A DNA stretch of 64,000 bases from an uncultured Actinomycetota bacterium (GTDB lineage: Bacteria > Actinomycetota > Actinomycetes > JAHEKZ01): NCBI GenBank assembly GCA_963743915.1, contig CAVURN010000005.1:480001-544000 (forward strand), in the 5' to 3' direction. Made by a program: the position numbers and the translations under genes. Position 1 is the stretch's first letter, and every line of letters starts with the position of its first letter. Below the pieces are notes generated by a model, which made no database searches, had not been told where the DNA came from, and saw only the letters and a list, made by a program, of their open reading frames with translations. Shown piece after piece: positions 29,538 through 40,485 of the stretch.

Positions 29538-30509
29538 ATGAGGGCCCGCTACCTCGCGAAGAAGGTGGGGTGGGGCCTGCTCACCCTGCTCTTCGTGCTC
29601 TGCTTCAACTTCTTCCTGTTCCGGATCATGCCGGGCGACCCCGCCGGGCTCCTCGCCCGCAGCCAGCGGCTCACCGAGACGGAGATCGCCGAGCAGCGCG
29701 CGGTCTTCGGGCTCGACCAACCTCTGCTCAGCCAGTTCGTCACGTACCTGAAGGAGACGCTGAGCGGCAACCTCGGGACGTCGTACCTCACCGGCCAGCC
29801 GGTCGTCGACACGATCTCCAGCCGGGTGTGGCCGACCGTACTGCTGGTGGGCGTCGGCACCACGGTGGCCATCGTCCTGGGGCTTGCCATGGGGATCAAG
29901 GGAGCGTGGCGGCGCGGCTCCACCTTCGACCGGTCGAGCCTGTACGGCTCTCTCACGCTCTACTCCACGCCTGAGGGCTGGCTCGGCATGATGCTGCTCA
30001 TCGTCTTCGCCGGGACTCTGGGCTGGTTCCCGGTCGGCGGCTACGACAGCGGCGACGGGTCCACCGGAATGGCGCACATCGCTGACGTCCTCAACCACCT
30101 CGCCCTGCCCGCAGCCACGTTGGCGCTGGGGTACGGCGCGTCCTACATGATCGTCATGCGCTCGTCCCTGCTCGAGGTGAAGGACGAGGACTTCATCGCG
30201 ACAGCGCGTGCCAAGGGCCTGACCGAGACGATGATCCGCCGGCGGCACGCCGTGCCCAACGCCTTCCTGCCCTCGTTCACGCTGATCGTGCTCAGCTTCG
30301 GGTTCGTCATCGGCGGGGCCATCGTGGTCGAGACCGTGTTCTCCTACCCCGGCATCGGCCAGCTGACCTACCAGGCGATCTACGCGTACGACTACCCGGT
30401 GCTGCAGGGCGTCTTTCTCGTCAGCAGCGTCGCTGTCGTCGTCGCGAACCTGATCGCGGACGTGACCTACGGCTTCCTCGACCCGCAGGATCGAGGAGGT
30501 GTGAGGTGA
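29538..30509 (+). CDS. ABC transporter permease (DppB/OppB-like)
   Basis: MPGDP, FGLDQPL, EDFIATARAKGL, HAVPNA, VETVFSYPGIG. Confidence 0.93.
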   Translation: MRARYLAKKVGWGLLTLLFVLCFNFFLFRIMPGDPAGLLARSQRLTETEIAEQRAVFGLDQPLLSQFVTYLKETLSGNLGTSYLTGQPVVDTISSRVWPTVLLVGVGTTVAIVLGLAMGIKGAWRRGSTFDRSSLYGSLTLYSTPEGWLGMMLLIVFAGTLGWFPVGGYDSGDGSTGMAHIADVLNHLALPAATLALGYGASYMIVMRSSLLEVKDEDFIATARAKGLTETMIRRRHAVPNAFLPSFTLIVLSFGFVIGGAIVVETVFSYPGIGQLTYQAIYAYDYPVLQGVFLVSSVAVVVANLIADVTYGFLDPQDRGGVR

Positions 30510-31424
30510 CGTCCACAGCGGAGACCGTGACGCGTCTCACCCCGCCGCCTCGTCTGGCGCCGACGCCGCCACGCGCTCGCCCGGAACTGGGCGCTCTACC
30601 GTCAGAACCGACAGGGCATGGTCGGTCTAGGGGTCATGGTCTTCTTCATCCTGCTCGCTCTGGCGTCCCCGTTGCTCGTTGCGCCTGAAGACATCGAACC
30701 CGCCACCGCGCAGGGCGACCCCAACCATCCCCCGTACGCCGGCTACCCACTGGGCACGGACAACTTCGGACGCTCCGTGCTCGACATGGTGATCGTGGGC
30801 GCCCGCATCTCGCTTCTCGTGGGGATCACGGCGACGATCGTCGCCGTGCTGCTCGGTGCCACGATCGGCGTCATCAGCGGCTACTACGGCGGCACGAAGC
30901 TCGACACCGGGCTCAACGCGCTGACCAACTGGTTCCTGGTGATCCCGTGGCTGGTGCTGGCCATCGTCCTGGCATCGATCCTCGGAGCGAGCGTCTGGAT
31001 CATCATCCTGGTGATCGGCGTGACCTCGTGGGCACAGCCGGCCCGGCTCATTCGGGCACAGGCGCTCAGTGTGCGCGCCCGCCCCTACGTCGAGCGGGCC
31101 CGCGTGCTCGGCTGCGGCGACGTCACCATCGTGTCGCGCCACATCCTGCCGAACGTGGCTCCGGTCATCTTCGCCAACGCCATCCTCACGGTGGCCGTGG
31201 CGATCCTCACCGAGACCACGCTGTCGATCCTCGGTCTCGGGGACGCGACCGCGATCTCGTGGGGCGTGATCATCGAGCAGGCATTCAGCTCAGGTGCCAT
31301 GACCAACGGCTACTGGTGGTGGCTGATGCCACCTGGCATCGCCATCGTCTGCGTCACCCTGGCCTTCACCATGTGCGGCTACGCCCTCGACGAGATCCTC
31401 AACCCCAAGCTCCGCGGCCGCTGA
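30506..31424 (+). CDS. ABC transporter permease (DppC/OppC-like; apparent frameshift near 30540)
   Basis: PLGTDNFGRSV, YVERARVLG, RHILPNV, LSILGLG, WWWLMPPG. Confidence 0.9.
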
Positions 31425-31524
31425 CGCCCGCGCGAACCGCGAAAAGCGTCGATCGAGTCACATTCCGGGTGCCAGAACGGCCTGCTGGTGACTGCGCCGC
31501 TCGGTCAGGCTGTTGGCGCGCCCG

Positions 31525-32952
31525 TCAGGCGGGGACGGCCTCACGCAGCTCGCGCGCGAAGGTGTCGAGGTTGGCGACGAAGCGGTCGACGTCCTCGCGG
31601 GTGTGCTGCACCGACATCGTCCACTGCTCGCACTTGCCCCACGGCGGCAGGAAGACGTGGTTGTTGTGCTGGTACAGCCAGTGCGCATTGCCCCACTGGT
31701 CGTCGTAGTCGAGGAAGTCGCGGTAGTTGCTGAGCGACTCGGTGAAGATGACCGCGCCCTTGCCCCCGAACGCTCGCACGAACCCGGGAAGCTGGTGGCG
31801 CCGGAGCACGTCCTCGCAGCCCTTGACCTGCGCCTCGCGGAGCTCGTCGAGGTGGCGGTAGCCCTCCGGCGTCAGCACCTCCTGCAGCGTCGCACGGGCG
31901 GCCGCCATGGTCAGCGGGTTGCCGTTGAACGTGCCGACCTGCTCGTACGTCCGGTCGGCGATCAGCCCCATGAGCTCGGGGACGCCGCCGATGGCGCCGC
32001 ACGGCAGGCCGCCGGCCATCGCCTTCGCGGTGCAGATCAGGTCGGGGGTGACGCCGAACAGCTCGGTCGCCCCACCGGGAGCCAGGCCGAAGCCGGTCTT
32101 GACCTCGTCGAACGCCAGCCAGGCACCGTGCTTGTGCAGCAAGGCCTTGAGGTCGGCCAGGTAGCCCTCAGGCGGGGGGATCAGACCGATGTTCATCATC
32201 ACCGGCTCGACGATCATGCCGGCGACCTCGCCGGCATGCGTGGTGAGCGCGCGCTCGACCGCCTCGAGGTCCCCGAACGGGACGATGACCGTGAGCTGAG
32301 CCATCGGGTCCGGGATGCCGGTGCTGTAGCGGACCGAGTGCGGCGCCTCGACCGGCCCGGCCTCGTCCAGCCCGGGATAGACCGAGACCTGAGCGGCGTC
32401 GTGGTGGCCGTGGTAGCTGCCCTCGACCTTGATGACCTTGCTGCGTCCGGTGGCCACCCGCATCAGGTGGAAGGCGTCCATCGTGGCTTCGGTGCCGGAG
32501 TTGTTGTAGCGCCACAACGGCAGTCCGTAGCGCTTGCTCAGCTCACGGGCGACGACGATGGCGTCCTCGGTCGGCTGCGCGAAGTGCGTGCCCTTGGTGA
32601 CGCGGTCCTGCACCGCCTCGACGATCGCCGGGTGGGCGTGGCCCGCCAGCCCGACGCCGAAGCCACCGTGGAAGTCGGAGTACTCGAACCCGTCGACGTC
32701 CCAGATGCGGGACCCCTTGCCGTAGTCGATCCACACCGCACAGGGTGGAGCGTCCTGCCAGCTCGACGCGACGCCTCCGGCGAGGACGGACGCACCCTCG
32801 GCGCGCATCGCCTGCGAGCGCTCGGTGCGCGCGAGCATCACCTTCTCCTGCTCGACGATCATCTGGTCCATGTGGGCCAGCAGCGGGTCGTCCGCCCGGG
32901 TCTCGGCATCGCTTCCGGAGAGTCCGCCGGTGGTGGTGGCTGACAACGACAT
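31525..32952 (-). CDS. Class III PLP aminotransferase (glutamate-1-semialdehyde aminomutase-like)
   Basis: GSRIWDVDG, NSGTEAT, EGSYHGHHD, FDEVKTGF, AKAMAGGLP, GTFNGNPL. Confidence 0.9.
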   Translation of the reverse strand: MSLSATTTGGLSGSDAETRADDPLLAHMDQMIVEQEKVMLARTERSQAMRAEGASVLAGGVASSWQDAPPCAVWIDYGKGSRIWDVDGFEYSDFHGGFGVGLAGHAHPAIVEAVQDRVTKGTHFAQPTEDAIVVARELSKRYGLPLWRYNNSGTEATMDAFHLMRVATGRSKVIKVEGSYHGHHDAAQVSVYPGLDEAGPVEAPHSVRYSTGIPDPMAQLTVIVPFGDLEAVERALTTHAGEVAGMIVEPVMMNIGLIPPPEGYLADLKALLHKHGAWLAFDEVKTGFGLAPGGATELFGVTPDLICTAKAMAGGLPCGAIGGVPELMGLIADRTYEQVGTFNGNPLTMAAARATLQEVLTPEGYRHLDELREAQVKGCEDVLRRHQLPGFVRAFGGKGAVIFTESLSNYRDFLDYDDQWGNAHWLYQHNNHVFLPPWGKCEQWTMSVQHTREDVDRFVANLDTFARELREAVPA

Positions 32953-32995
32953 CTCTTGCCTCATCTCTGCAGGACGTGTCCTGCGGTCACACAGC

Positions 32996-34235
32996 TCAGA
33001 CTTCTGTGGGGAAGGCCAGCGTGGCCACCCGCTCGGGGGCGACCATCGCCTTCATGCTCGTCGGAACCTGGTTCTCGGCATAGGCGCGCGCCATCCACGC
33101 GATGAACGCGTACACCGACACCTCGTGGTACGACGAGAGCGGCCCGGGACGGTACCCGCGCGACGCGACACCGCGCTGCACGCTCTCGCACGCCGCCCAG
33201 TCCTGGCGGTTGGTGATGTCCCAGAAGTCGACCGCGTACGAGGGGTCGAAGCCCTCGCGGTCGACAGCGGACTGGGGAAACAGCCACTGGCACTCGACGA
33301 AGGTGCGGTCGGGTGCGAGCGGCACCAGCCGGTGCACCATGACGTAGTCCGGATGCAGGCTGACCAGCAGGTTGACGCCGACCTGCAGGTACATGGTGCT
33401 CGTCCGGTAGCGCTCCGGGATCCCCGGAATGGGAGCCCCGCCGCTGGTGCCGTCCAGCGACATCGTCTCGATGCCCTCGCGCAGGTGGACGCTGCCACCG
33501 ACGTAGAGGCCGTCGCCGAGGACGGTGATGCCCGGTGTCGGGGTCGGCCACCACGCACAGCTCGGGGTGGACGCTCGGGCAGTGGAAGCACTCGTGGTAG
33601 TTCTCCACGATCAGCTTCCAGTTGGCGTCCAGCGTGTAGCTGTGGGTGTCGCCCACCACCAGGTCAGCCATCCCGAAGGGGGCCAGGTAGGTGTCGAGGC
33701 CGGCGAGGTGCTGCTCGAGCGGTGGTGCGTCACCGCTGATGTTCGCCATCACGTAGCCGTGCCACTCCTCGACCGGCAACGGGACCAGCGCGTAGTCGTC
33801 GGTGTCGCTGATGTCGTTCTCGTGCGTCGGCGGGACGCCGTAGAGCTCACCGTCAGGCGTGAAGACCCACGCGTGGTACGGGCAGCGGATGAACCGACCG
33901 CTGGCCTGTCCGTCGCACGGCAGCAGCTCATGGGCACGGTGGCGGCAGGTGTTGAAGAAGCCGCGCAGGCGTCCGTCGGTGCCCCGCACGACGAGGATGC
34001 CTTCGTCGCCGACGCGGTAGGCGCGTCGGTCGCCGGCCTTCGCGAAGGAGTCGGCGCGCCCCAGACACATCCATCCCCCGGCGAACAGGTGTTCGTTCTC
34101 CCACGCCAGGACGTCCGCGTCGGTGTAGGCGGCGGCGGGCAGCATCTGGCCGCTGCCGTCGATGGACGCCTGCAGCTCACCGGCGGCAAACGGGAGTGCC
34201 GAGGTCGGCGCGGCGAGCGCCGGCCGACGCGTCAT
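32996..34235 (-). CDS. Rieske non-heme iron oxygenase alpha subunit (choline monooxygenase/GbcA-like; apparent frameshift near 33530)
   Basis: FFNTCRHR...CPYHAW Rieske motif; NWKLIVENYHECFHCPSVHP; C-terminal part LHPDYV...NRQDWAACESVQRG in another frame. Confidence 0.9.
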
Positions 34236-34358
34236 GACTCAAAGTGGTCACGATCTGTCCCCGATTCGTCCGTTTCGGTCCCCTGACGGCCCGGCCCGCG
34301 CCAGAATGACGCGGTCGGCTGCACCCCTTGCTTTCACGGAGCGCTGCCGACACACTAA

Positions 34359-34378
34359 CTGACCAACCAGTCAGTCAG
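34359..34378. promoter_or_regulatory. Candidate TetR operator, copy 2 (CTGACCAACCAGTCAGTCAG)
   Basis: Lies in the divergent intergenic region between the Rieske gene and the potD-like gene. Confidence 0.65.
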
Positions 34379-34439
34379 GAAGATCCGACCGCGGAGAGAA
34401 TGACCCGAAGACGCCCCGGCCCCCGGAGGGAAGTTAGGC

Positions 34440-35720
34440 ATGGCACTGGACCCCACGAATCCCGACCGTCCACCACTCCACCGTCCGCAGCTGCACCGAC
34501 GTGACGTGTTGCGCGGGGGCGCGTACACCGCAGCGGGCCTGGGGGCGGCCTCACTGCTGGCGGCGTGCGGCGGCGACGACGCACCCGGAACGCCGATCGG
34601 CGGACCGGGAGAGCTCCCCTACGAGCTGGCGCGTCCCGACGCACCCGTCACCCAGCCGATCAAGGACTCCAACCCGGCGATCGCCGACGGTCTTGAGCCG
34701 GAGACCGGAGGGGTCTTCAAGGTCCTGAACTACGCCGACTACATGGCGCCCGGGGTGATGAAGGACTTCGGCGAGCAGTACGACGTCGAGGTCGAGGTCA
34801 CGCCGTACAACAACTACGACCAGATGATCGCCAAGCTGCAGGAGCCGGGTGCGCGAGTACGACGTCGTCTTCCCGGGTCCCGACGGTGCTGTCGAAGATG
34901 GTCTACGGCGAGCTCATCCAGCCGTTCAACCAGAGCTACCTGCCGAACATCGAGAACCTCTGGCCCGAGTACAAGGACCCCTGGTACGACAAGGGCGCGC
35001 AGTACAGCGTCCCTTACACCGTGTACACCACGGGCGTCGGATATCGCGCAGACGTGGTCACCGAGGTACCGGACCCGGGTTACGACCTGTTGTGGGACTC
35101 GCAGTACGCCGGCAAGGTCGGCCTTCTGGACGACTACGGCGAAGCGATCACGATGTCGATCCTGCGCAACGGTCTCGGCGACGTGAACACCGACGACCAG
35201 ACCGTCGTGGCCAAGGCCGTGGACAGCCTGATCGAGCTCATCGACCTGGTCAACGTGAAGGTCGGCATCACCGGCCTACCGGTCGATCCCTGAGGGTGAG
35301 TTCACCGTCTCACCAGACCTGGTCCGGCGACCTGCTCGCCGCCCACTGGTACCTCCCCAAGGGCGTGTCGCTCGACGTCCTCGGCTACTGGGTACCGGAG
35401 TCCGTCTCGGAGCGGGTGATCGGCAACGACTGCATCTGCATCCCGAAGTCGTCGACCAAGCCGGTCCTGGGACACCTCTTCATCAACAACATCTCGATGA
35501 GGAGATCTCGGAGAAGAACTTCAACTGGAACGGCTACCAGCCGCCACTGACCAAGATCACGGTGCCCTACGCCATCGAGAAGGGCTACATCGTCGAGGGC
35601 CTCGACCTGGCGATCGTGCAGCCTGAGGACTTCCAGAGCGGGATCGTCCAGGTCGAGCAGCCACCGACGGTCGAGGCGATGTGGCGCAACGAGTGGGCGA
35701 GGTTCAAGGCTGGTGCCTAA
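34440..35720 (+). CDS. PotD/PotF-like polyamine ABC substrate-binding lipoprotein with Tat signal (about 5 apparent indels)
   Basis: RRDVLRG...LLAAC; LNYADYMAP, YDVVFP, YSVPYTVYTTG, WSGD, NDCICIP, GYQPP reconstructed across frames. Confidence 0.85.
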
Positions 35721-36621
35721 GACGGTTGAACAGGTCGACCGCGAGACGCGGCGACTCTGGCCGGTTCTGGCGACTCCGGGCGTTGCCTGGCTGATCCTGC
35801 TCTTCGTCGTGCCCGCGTACGCGGTGCTCGCGGTGGCCTTCAGCACGCAGGTCAACTTCCTCAGCGGGCAGCCGATCCCGGTGTGGAACCCGCTCGACTG
35901 GGACTTCACCGTGTTCAGGTCGGTGCTGGAGCAGTCACTGACCGGCACGCTGCAGAACTCATGGATCCGGACGTTCGTCTACTGCGTTCGTGGCCCTGGT
36001 GCGTGTGTCCTCATCGGGTACCCGGTTGCCTACTACGTGGCCCGGCTTGCCGGGCCGACGCAGGGGTCTGCTCCTGGCCCTGCTGCTCGCTCCTTGGTGG
36101 ATCAACTACATCACCCGGATGCTGGCCTGGATCAACATGCTCCAGGACGACGGTTACGTCAACGACGTCATCGGACTCTTCGGTTTCGACACGGTGGCGT
36201 GGCTGTCGGGCAACCCCTTCACCGTCATCATCGCGCTGGTCTACGGGTATCTGCCGTTCTTCATCATCCCGCTGTACGCCTCGCTGGACCGCATCGACCA
36301 GCGGCACATCGAGGCGTCCCGCGATCTGGGCGCCGGTGCCGTCCGTACGTTCCTGCACGTCACGCTGCCGCTGTCCAAGCTCGGTCTCGTGACGGCACTC
36401 GTGCTGACGGCTCTCCCGATGGCCGGTGACTACTACACCAACCAGCTGGTCAGTGGGTCGCCGAACACCAACATGATCGGCAACCAGATCGAGTTCTTCC
36501 TGCTGCAAGGACCCCTGAAGAACCAGGGAGCGTCCTGGTCATCCTGCTGTCGTTGGTGCTGTTCGTCTTCATGGTCTACTACCTGGTCCTCACCCAGCGG
36601 CCGCGCAGGGAGGGTCGATGA
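35713..36621 (+). CDS. PotB-like ABC permease (apparent indels)
   Basis: IGYPVAYY, RMLAW, YGYLPFFIIPLYASL, EASRDLGA, MIGNQI. Confidence 0.87.
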
Positions 36622-37507
36622 GCACCGTCAACCACGGCGCGTCGACGCGTGCCCTTCTGGAAGAACCCGTGGCGCCGGCCCTACTTCCTGGCGTCGGCCA
36701 CGTGGCTGTACATCCTGTGGTCGCTGGTGCCGATCGTCATCGCCATCCAGTTCTCGTTCAACGACGGACGCTCACGCAGCACCTGGCAGGGCTTCTCGAC
36801 GCAGTGGTACTGCTGCACGGAGGGATCGGTGTGGACCGACCCCTCCCTGATCCGCTCGCTCGAGAACAGCCTGATCCTCGGCGTGCTGACGGTGCTGGTC
36901 GCGACGCCCCTCGGGCGTCCTGCTGGCTCTCGGGCTGACCCGGTGGCGCTCGCCGATCAGCAAGGCGTCCAACGGGATCGCGCTGGTCCCGCTCGTGACG
37001 CCGGAGATCGTGCTCGGTGCCGCGCTGTACCTCGTGTTCATCAACCTCTACACCAGCCTGCCGCTGGGACGGCCCGCACTGCTGCTCGGCCATGTGACGT
37101 TCACGGTGTCGTTCGTGCTGGTGATCGTCCGCTCGCGGCTGCTGGCCATCGGCAGCGAGTACGAGGTGGCGGCACGCGACCTCGGCGCCACGCCATTGCA
37201 GGCCATCCGCACCGTCCTCATCCCCCTGCTGATGCCGGCGGTTGTCGCGTCGGCGGCGATCACGTTCGCGACGTCGCTCGACGACTTCGTGGTCAGCTCA
37301 TTCCTGTTCGGCGACGCGTCCAACATCACCGTGCCGATCCGCCTGTACAGCGCGGTGAAGGCGTCACCCACGCCGGCGCTCAACGCCCTGGCGACGATCC
37401 TGCTCGTCGGCTCGTTCGCGGCATTGCTGCTGGCCTACCTGGGCCTCCGGCTCCGCCGTCGCGGCGGCGGCTCTGCACTCGACGAGCTGGCCAAGTTCGA
37501 GACCTGA
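36618..37507 (+). CDS. PotC-like ABC permease (apparent indels)
   Basis: SFND...WQGFSTQWY, TPEIV, EVAARDLGA, SLDDFV, TVPIRLYS. Confidence 0.87.
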
Positions 37508-37593
37508 TTCAACGGCTGGCTGCCCACAGCCCGAGGTGCACTGGGTGTCGGGTGCGCTCTTCCGTCCACCAGTCACGCACCCGGCGGGCCGGG

Positions 37594-38741
37594 TCAGGCG
37601 GAGGCGATCTCCATCTCGCTGTAGGCGTGCGACTCCGCCGTCGGCGACCAGGACCCGCAGGGAGTCGGCGGCCAGCGACACCGTGACCGGCTGGCCGGAG
37701 GTGTAGCGCTCGGCGTCCGACTGGTTGGTCAGCAGCGCCTGCACCAGGGAGCCGTTCGCCGAGCCGCACGTACACCTGGCTGGTCGACCCGAGGAACACG
37801 CTCCGCTCCACCATGCCCGGGAGCAGGTTCTCGCCCGTGCCGACCGGCCTCAGCGAGCTCGACACGCTCCGGGCGGATGACGGCACGTCCGGGCCCGGCT
37901 GCGTGCCCGGCGGGGATCACGCCCTGCAGGGTGAACTCGCCGAGCGTGATGGGGCCGCGTGCGCCTGTCCCGGCACCGGAGGTGACGTCGAGCAGGTTCG
38001 CCACACCGAGGAAGTCGGCCACGTACTCGCTCTGCGGCTCCTGGTACACCTCACGCGGGGTGCCGAGCTGGGCGATCCGGCCCTCGTTCATCACCGCGAG
38101 GCGGTCGGACATCTCCAGCGCCTCTTCCTGGTCGTGCGTCACGAAGACGAAGGTGATGCCGACCTCGCGCTGCAGCGCCGTCAGCTCCGCGCGCAGTGAG
38201 TGACGCAGCTTGGCGTCCAGGGCTCCGAGCGGCTCGTCGAGCAGCAGCACGGAGGGCTTGAGGACGAGCGCCCGGGCGAGCGCGACTCGTTGCTGCTGAC
38301 CACCGGACATCTGGTGGGGCTTGCGGTCCGCCAGCGCAGAGAGCTGCACCAGGGCGAGCGCGTCCTTCACCAGACCGTCCCGGGCCGACTTGGGAACGTC
38401 CTTGCGCCAACGGAGCCCGTACTCGACGTTCTTCTCCACCGTGAGGTGGGGGAAGAGGGCATAGCTCTGGAACACCGTGTTGACCGGGCGCTTGTGCGCG
38501 GGCGTCTGCGCCACGTCGACCCCGTCGATCAGGATCTGGCCGTCGGTCGGCTGCTCGAAGCCGGCCAGCATCCGCAGCGTCGTCGTCTTGCCGCAGCCAG
38601 AAGGCCCCAGCAGCGAGAAGAACTCTCCGGGCTGGATCTCGACGTCGATGCCGTCGACCGCCGTGACCTGGTCGAACTCCTTCCGGAGCCCGATGATGGA
38701 GATCGATCCGCCGCCGCTGATGCCTGTCCCTGGTCAGTCAT
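37594..38741 (-). CDS. PotA-like ABC ATP-binding protein (apparent indels), convergent with the permease genes
   Basis: LLGPSGCGKTT (Walker A), TVFQSYALFPHL, MSGGQQQRVALARAL, LLLDEP, VTHDQEEA, C-terminal TOBE-like region. Confidence 0.9.
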
Positions 38742-38782
38742 GCGCGAGAGTCTAGAACGCCCGGAATGCCCGCGGGGCGCGA

Positions 38783-38802
38783 CTGACTGAATATTCAGTA
38801 AG
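38783..38802. promoter_or_regulatory. Candidate TetR operator, copy 3 (CTGACTGAATATTCAGTAAG)
   Basis: Near-perfect palindrome between the divergent potA-like and tetR genes. Confidence 0.7.
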
Positions 38803-38842
38803 AATCCCCCGACGGCACTCTGCGACCGGTAGGTTACGGACC

Positions 38843-39487
38843 GTGGCACGAGCAGGCGCGGCACGGACCAGCCGCCAGGAGCAGGTCGAGCAGCGACGCG
38901 CCGAGCTGCTGGAGGCGGCCCGGCAGGTCGTCCTCGAGCGGGGTCTGTCGCACACCAGGGTCGCGGACGTCGCGGCCGCGACCAAGGTCAGTGGCGGGCT
39001 CATCCACTACCACTTCGCCACCAAGGACGTCCTGCTCACCGAGATGCTCCGCCACGAGGCCGAGCGCGACATCGCCAAGGCCCGCCGCCTGGCCACCGGT
39101 GGGGGTGACCCCCTGCAGCGGCTCGACCGGGTGATGCGCGAGTTCATCCCCAGCTCCCGCAACGACCAGACCTGGGTGCTCTGGATCGATGCCTGGGGGG
39201 CGGGCCTGCGCGACGAGACGCTGCGCTCGATCTCCGAGGAGCTCGACGCCGCCTGGAACGAGATGCTCTTCATCGTCATCAGCGACGGTGTCGACTCCGG
39301 CGCCTTCACCACCGACGACCCGCGAGGCGTCGCCGACCGGCTCGCTGCACTGCTCGACGGCCTCGGGCTGCGGGTCACCCTGCAGCGCCCGGGGATCACC
39401 CGCAAGCAGATGCACGAGCATGCTCGCGTCGTGGCCGAGCTCGAGCTGGGCCTCGACCCCGGCTCCCTCGCCGCAGCCGCCGGCTGA
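38843..39487 (+). CDS. TetR family regulator (BetI-type C-terminal domain)
   Basis: RRAELLEAA...GLSHTRVADVA...GLIHYHFATKD; WVLWIDAW; ALLDGL. Confidence 0.92.
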   Translation: MARAGAARTSRQEQVEQRRAELLEAARQVVLERGLSHTRVADVAAATKVSGGLIHYHFATKDVLLTEMLRHEAERDIAKARRLATGGGDPLQRLDRVMREFIPSSRNDQTWVLWIDAWGAGLRDETLRSISEELDAAWNEMLFIVISDGVDSGAFTTDDPRGVADRLAALLDGLGLRVTLQRPGITRKQMHEHARVVAELELGLDPGSLAAAAG

Positions 39488-39502
39488 CGTCAGGCGCCTG
39501 CT

Positions 39503-40474
39503 GTGTTCGCCGCTTTCGCCACCTCCTTCGACGAGGCGGATCCCCTCGAGGGCCTCACGCTCGGCGAGCGGCCCGAGCCGACACCCCCTGATGACACGTG
39601 GACCACCGTCAGCGTCCGCGCCACGGCACTCAACCACCACGACCTCTGGTCGCTGAAGGGCGTCGGCCTGCGAGCCGAGCAGCTGCCGATGATCCTCGGG
39701 ACGGACGCCGCGGGCGTCGACGAGGACGGCAACGACGTCGTCGTGCACGCGGTGATCGGCGACCCTGCCAGAGGCGGTGGCGACGAGACGTTCGACCCCA
39801 AGCGGTCCCTGCTGTCCGAGGTGCACGACGGCACGCTCGCCGAGCGGGTCTGCGTGCCTCGCCGGAACCTCGTCCCGAAGCCGGCAGGTCTCTCGTTCGA
39901 GCAGGCGTCCTGCCTTCCGACTGCCTGGCTCACCGCCTACCGGATGCTCACCACCCGCGGACAGCTGCGCTCCGGCGAGACGGTGCTGGTCCAGGGTGCC
40001 GGTGGCGGGGTCTCCACCGCCCTCGTGCCGCTCGCCAAGGCGATGGGGCTGCGGGTGTGGGTCTCCGGCAGGGACGCCGCCAAGCGCGATCAGGCGCTGG
40101 CCCTGGGCGCCGATGACGCGTTCGAGTCCGGCGCCCGGCTGCCCGAGCGGGTCGATGCCGTCATGGAGTCGGTGGGCGCCGCAACCTGGAGCCACTCGTT
40201 GAAGTCCCTGCGTCCTGGCGGTCGGGTCGTGGTGTGTGGCGCGACGTCCGGCCCGAATCCGCCGGCGGATCTGGCCCGGGTGTTCTTCCTGCAGCTGTCG
40301 GTCATCGGCTCGACCATGGGCACGCGGGACGAGCTCGAGCAGCTGCTCACCTTCTGCGCCGACCACTCGCTCGCTCCGCTGGTCGACCACATCTACCCGC
40401 TTGCAGAGGCGGACGCCGCGCTGGCACGCCTGGCGTCCGGAGAGACCTTCGGCAAGATCGTCGTCACCGTCTGA
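39503..40474 (+). CDS. Zinc-binding dehydrogenase family (MDR / quinone oxidoreductase-like)
   Basis: LNHHDLW, ILGTDAAG, LPTAWLTAYRML, VLVQGAGGGV, GSTMG, FGKIV. Confidence 0.92.
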   Translation: MFAAFATSFDEADPLEGLTLGERPEPTPPDDTWTTVSVRATALNHHDLWSLKGVGLRAEQLPMILGTDAAGVDEDGNDVVVHAVIGDPARGGGDETFDPKRSLLSEVHDGTLAERVCVPRRNLVPKPAGLSFEQASCLPTAWLTAYRMLTTRGQLRSGETVLVQGAGGGVSTALVPLAKAMGLRVWVSGRDAAKRDQALALGADDAFESGARLPERVDAVMESVGAATWSHSLKSLRPGGRVVVCGATSGPNPPADLARVFFLQLSVIGSTMGTRDELEQLLTFCADHSLAPLVDHIYPLAEADAALARLASGETFGKIVVTV

Positions 40475-40485
40475 CGCGGTGGCGG

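Noticed and set aside
31525-32952. Calling the aminotransferase hemL
   Set aside because: There are no heme genes nearby and it is paired with a Rieske oxygenase in a catabolic island, so it is more likely a paralogue with another substrate.
33500-38741. Programmed frameshifting or phase variation in the pot/Rieske genes
   Set aside because: There are several breaks per gene, with no long homopolymers or slippery heptamers; sequencing error is simpler.
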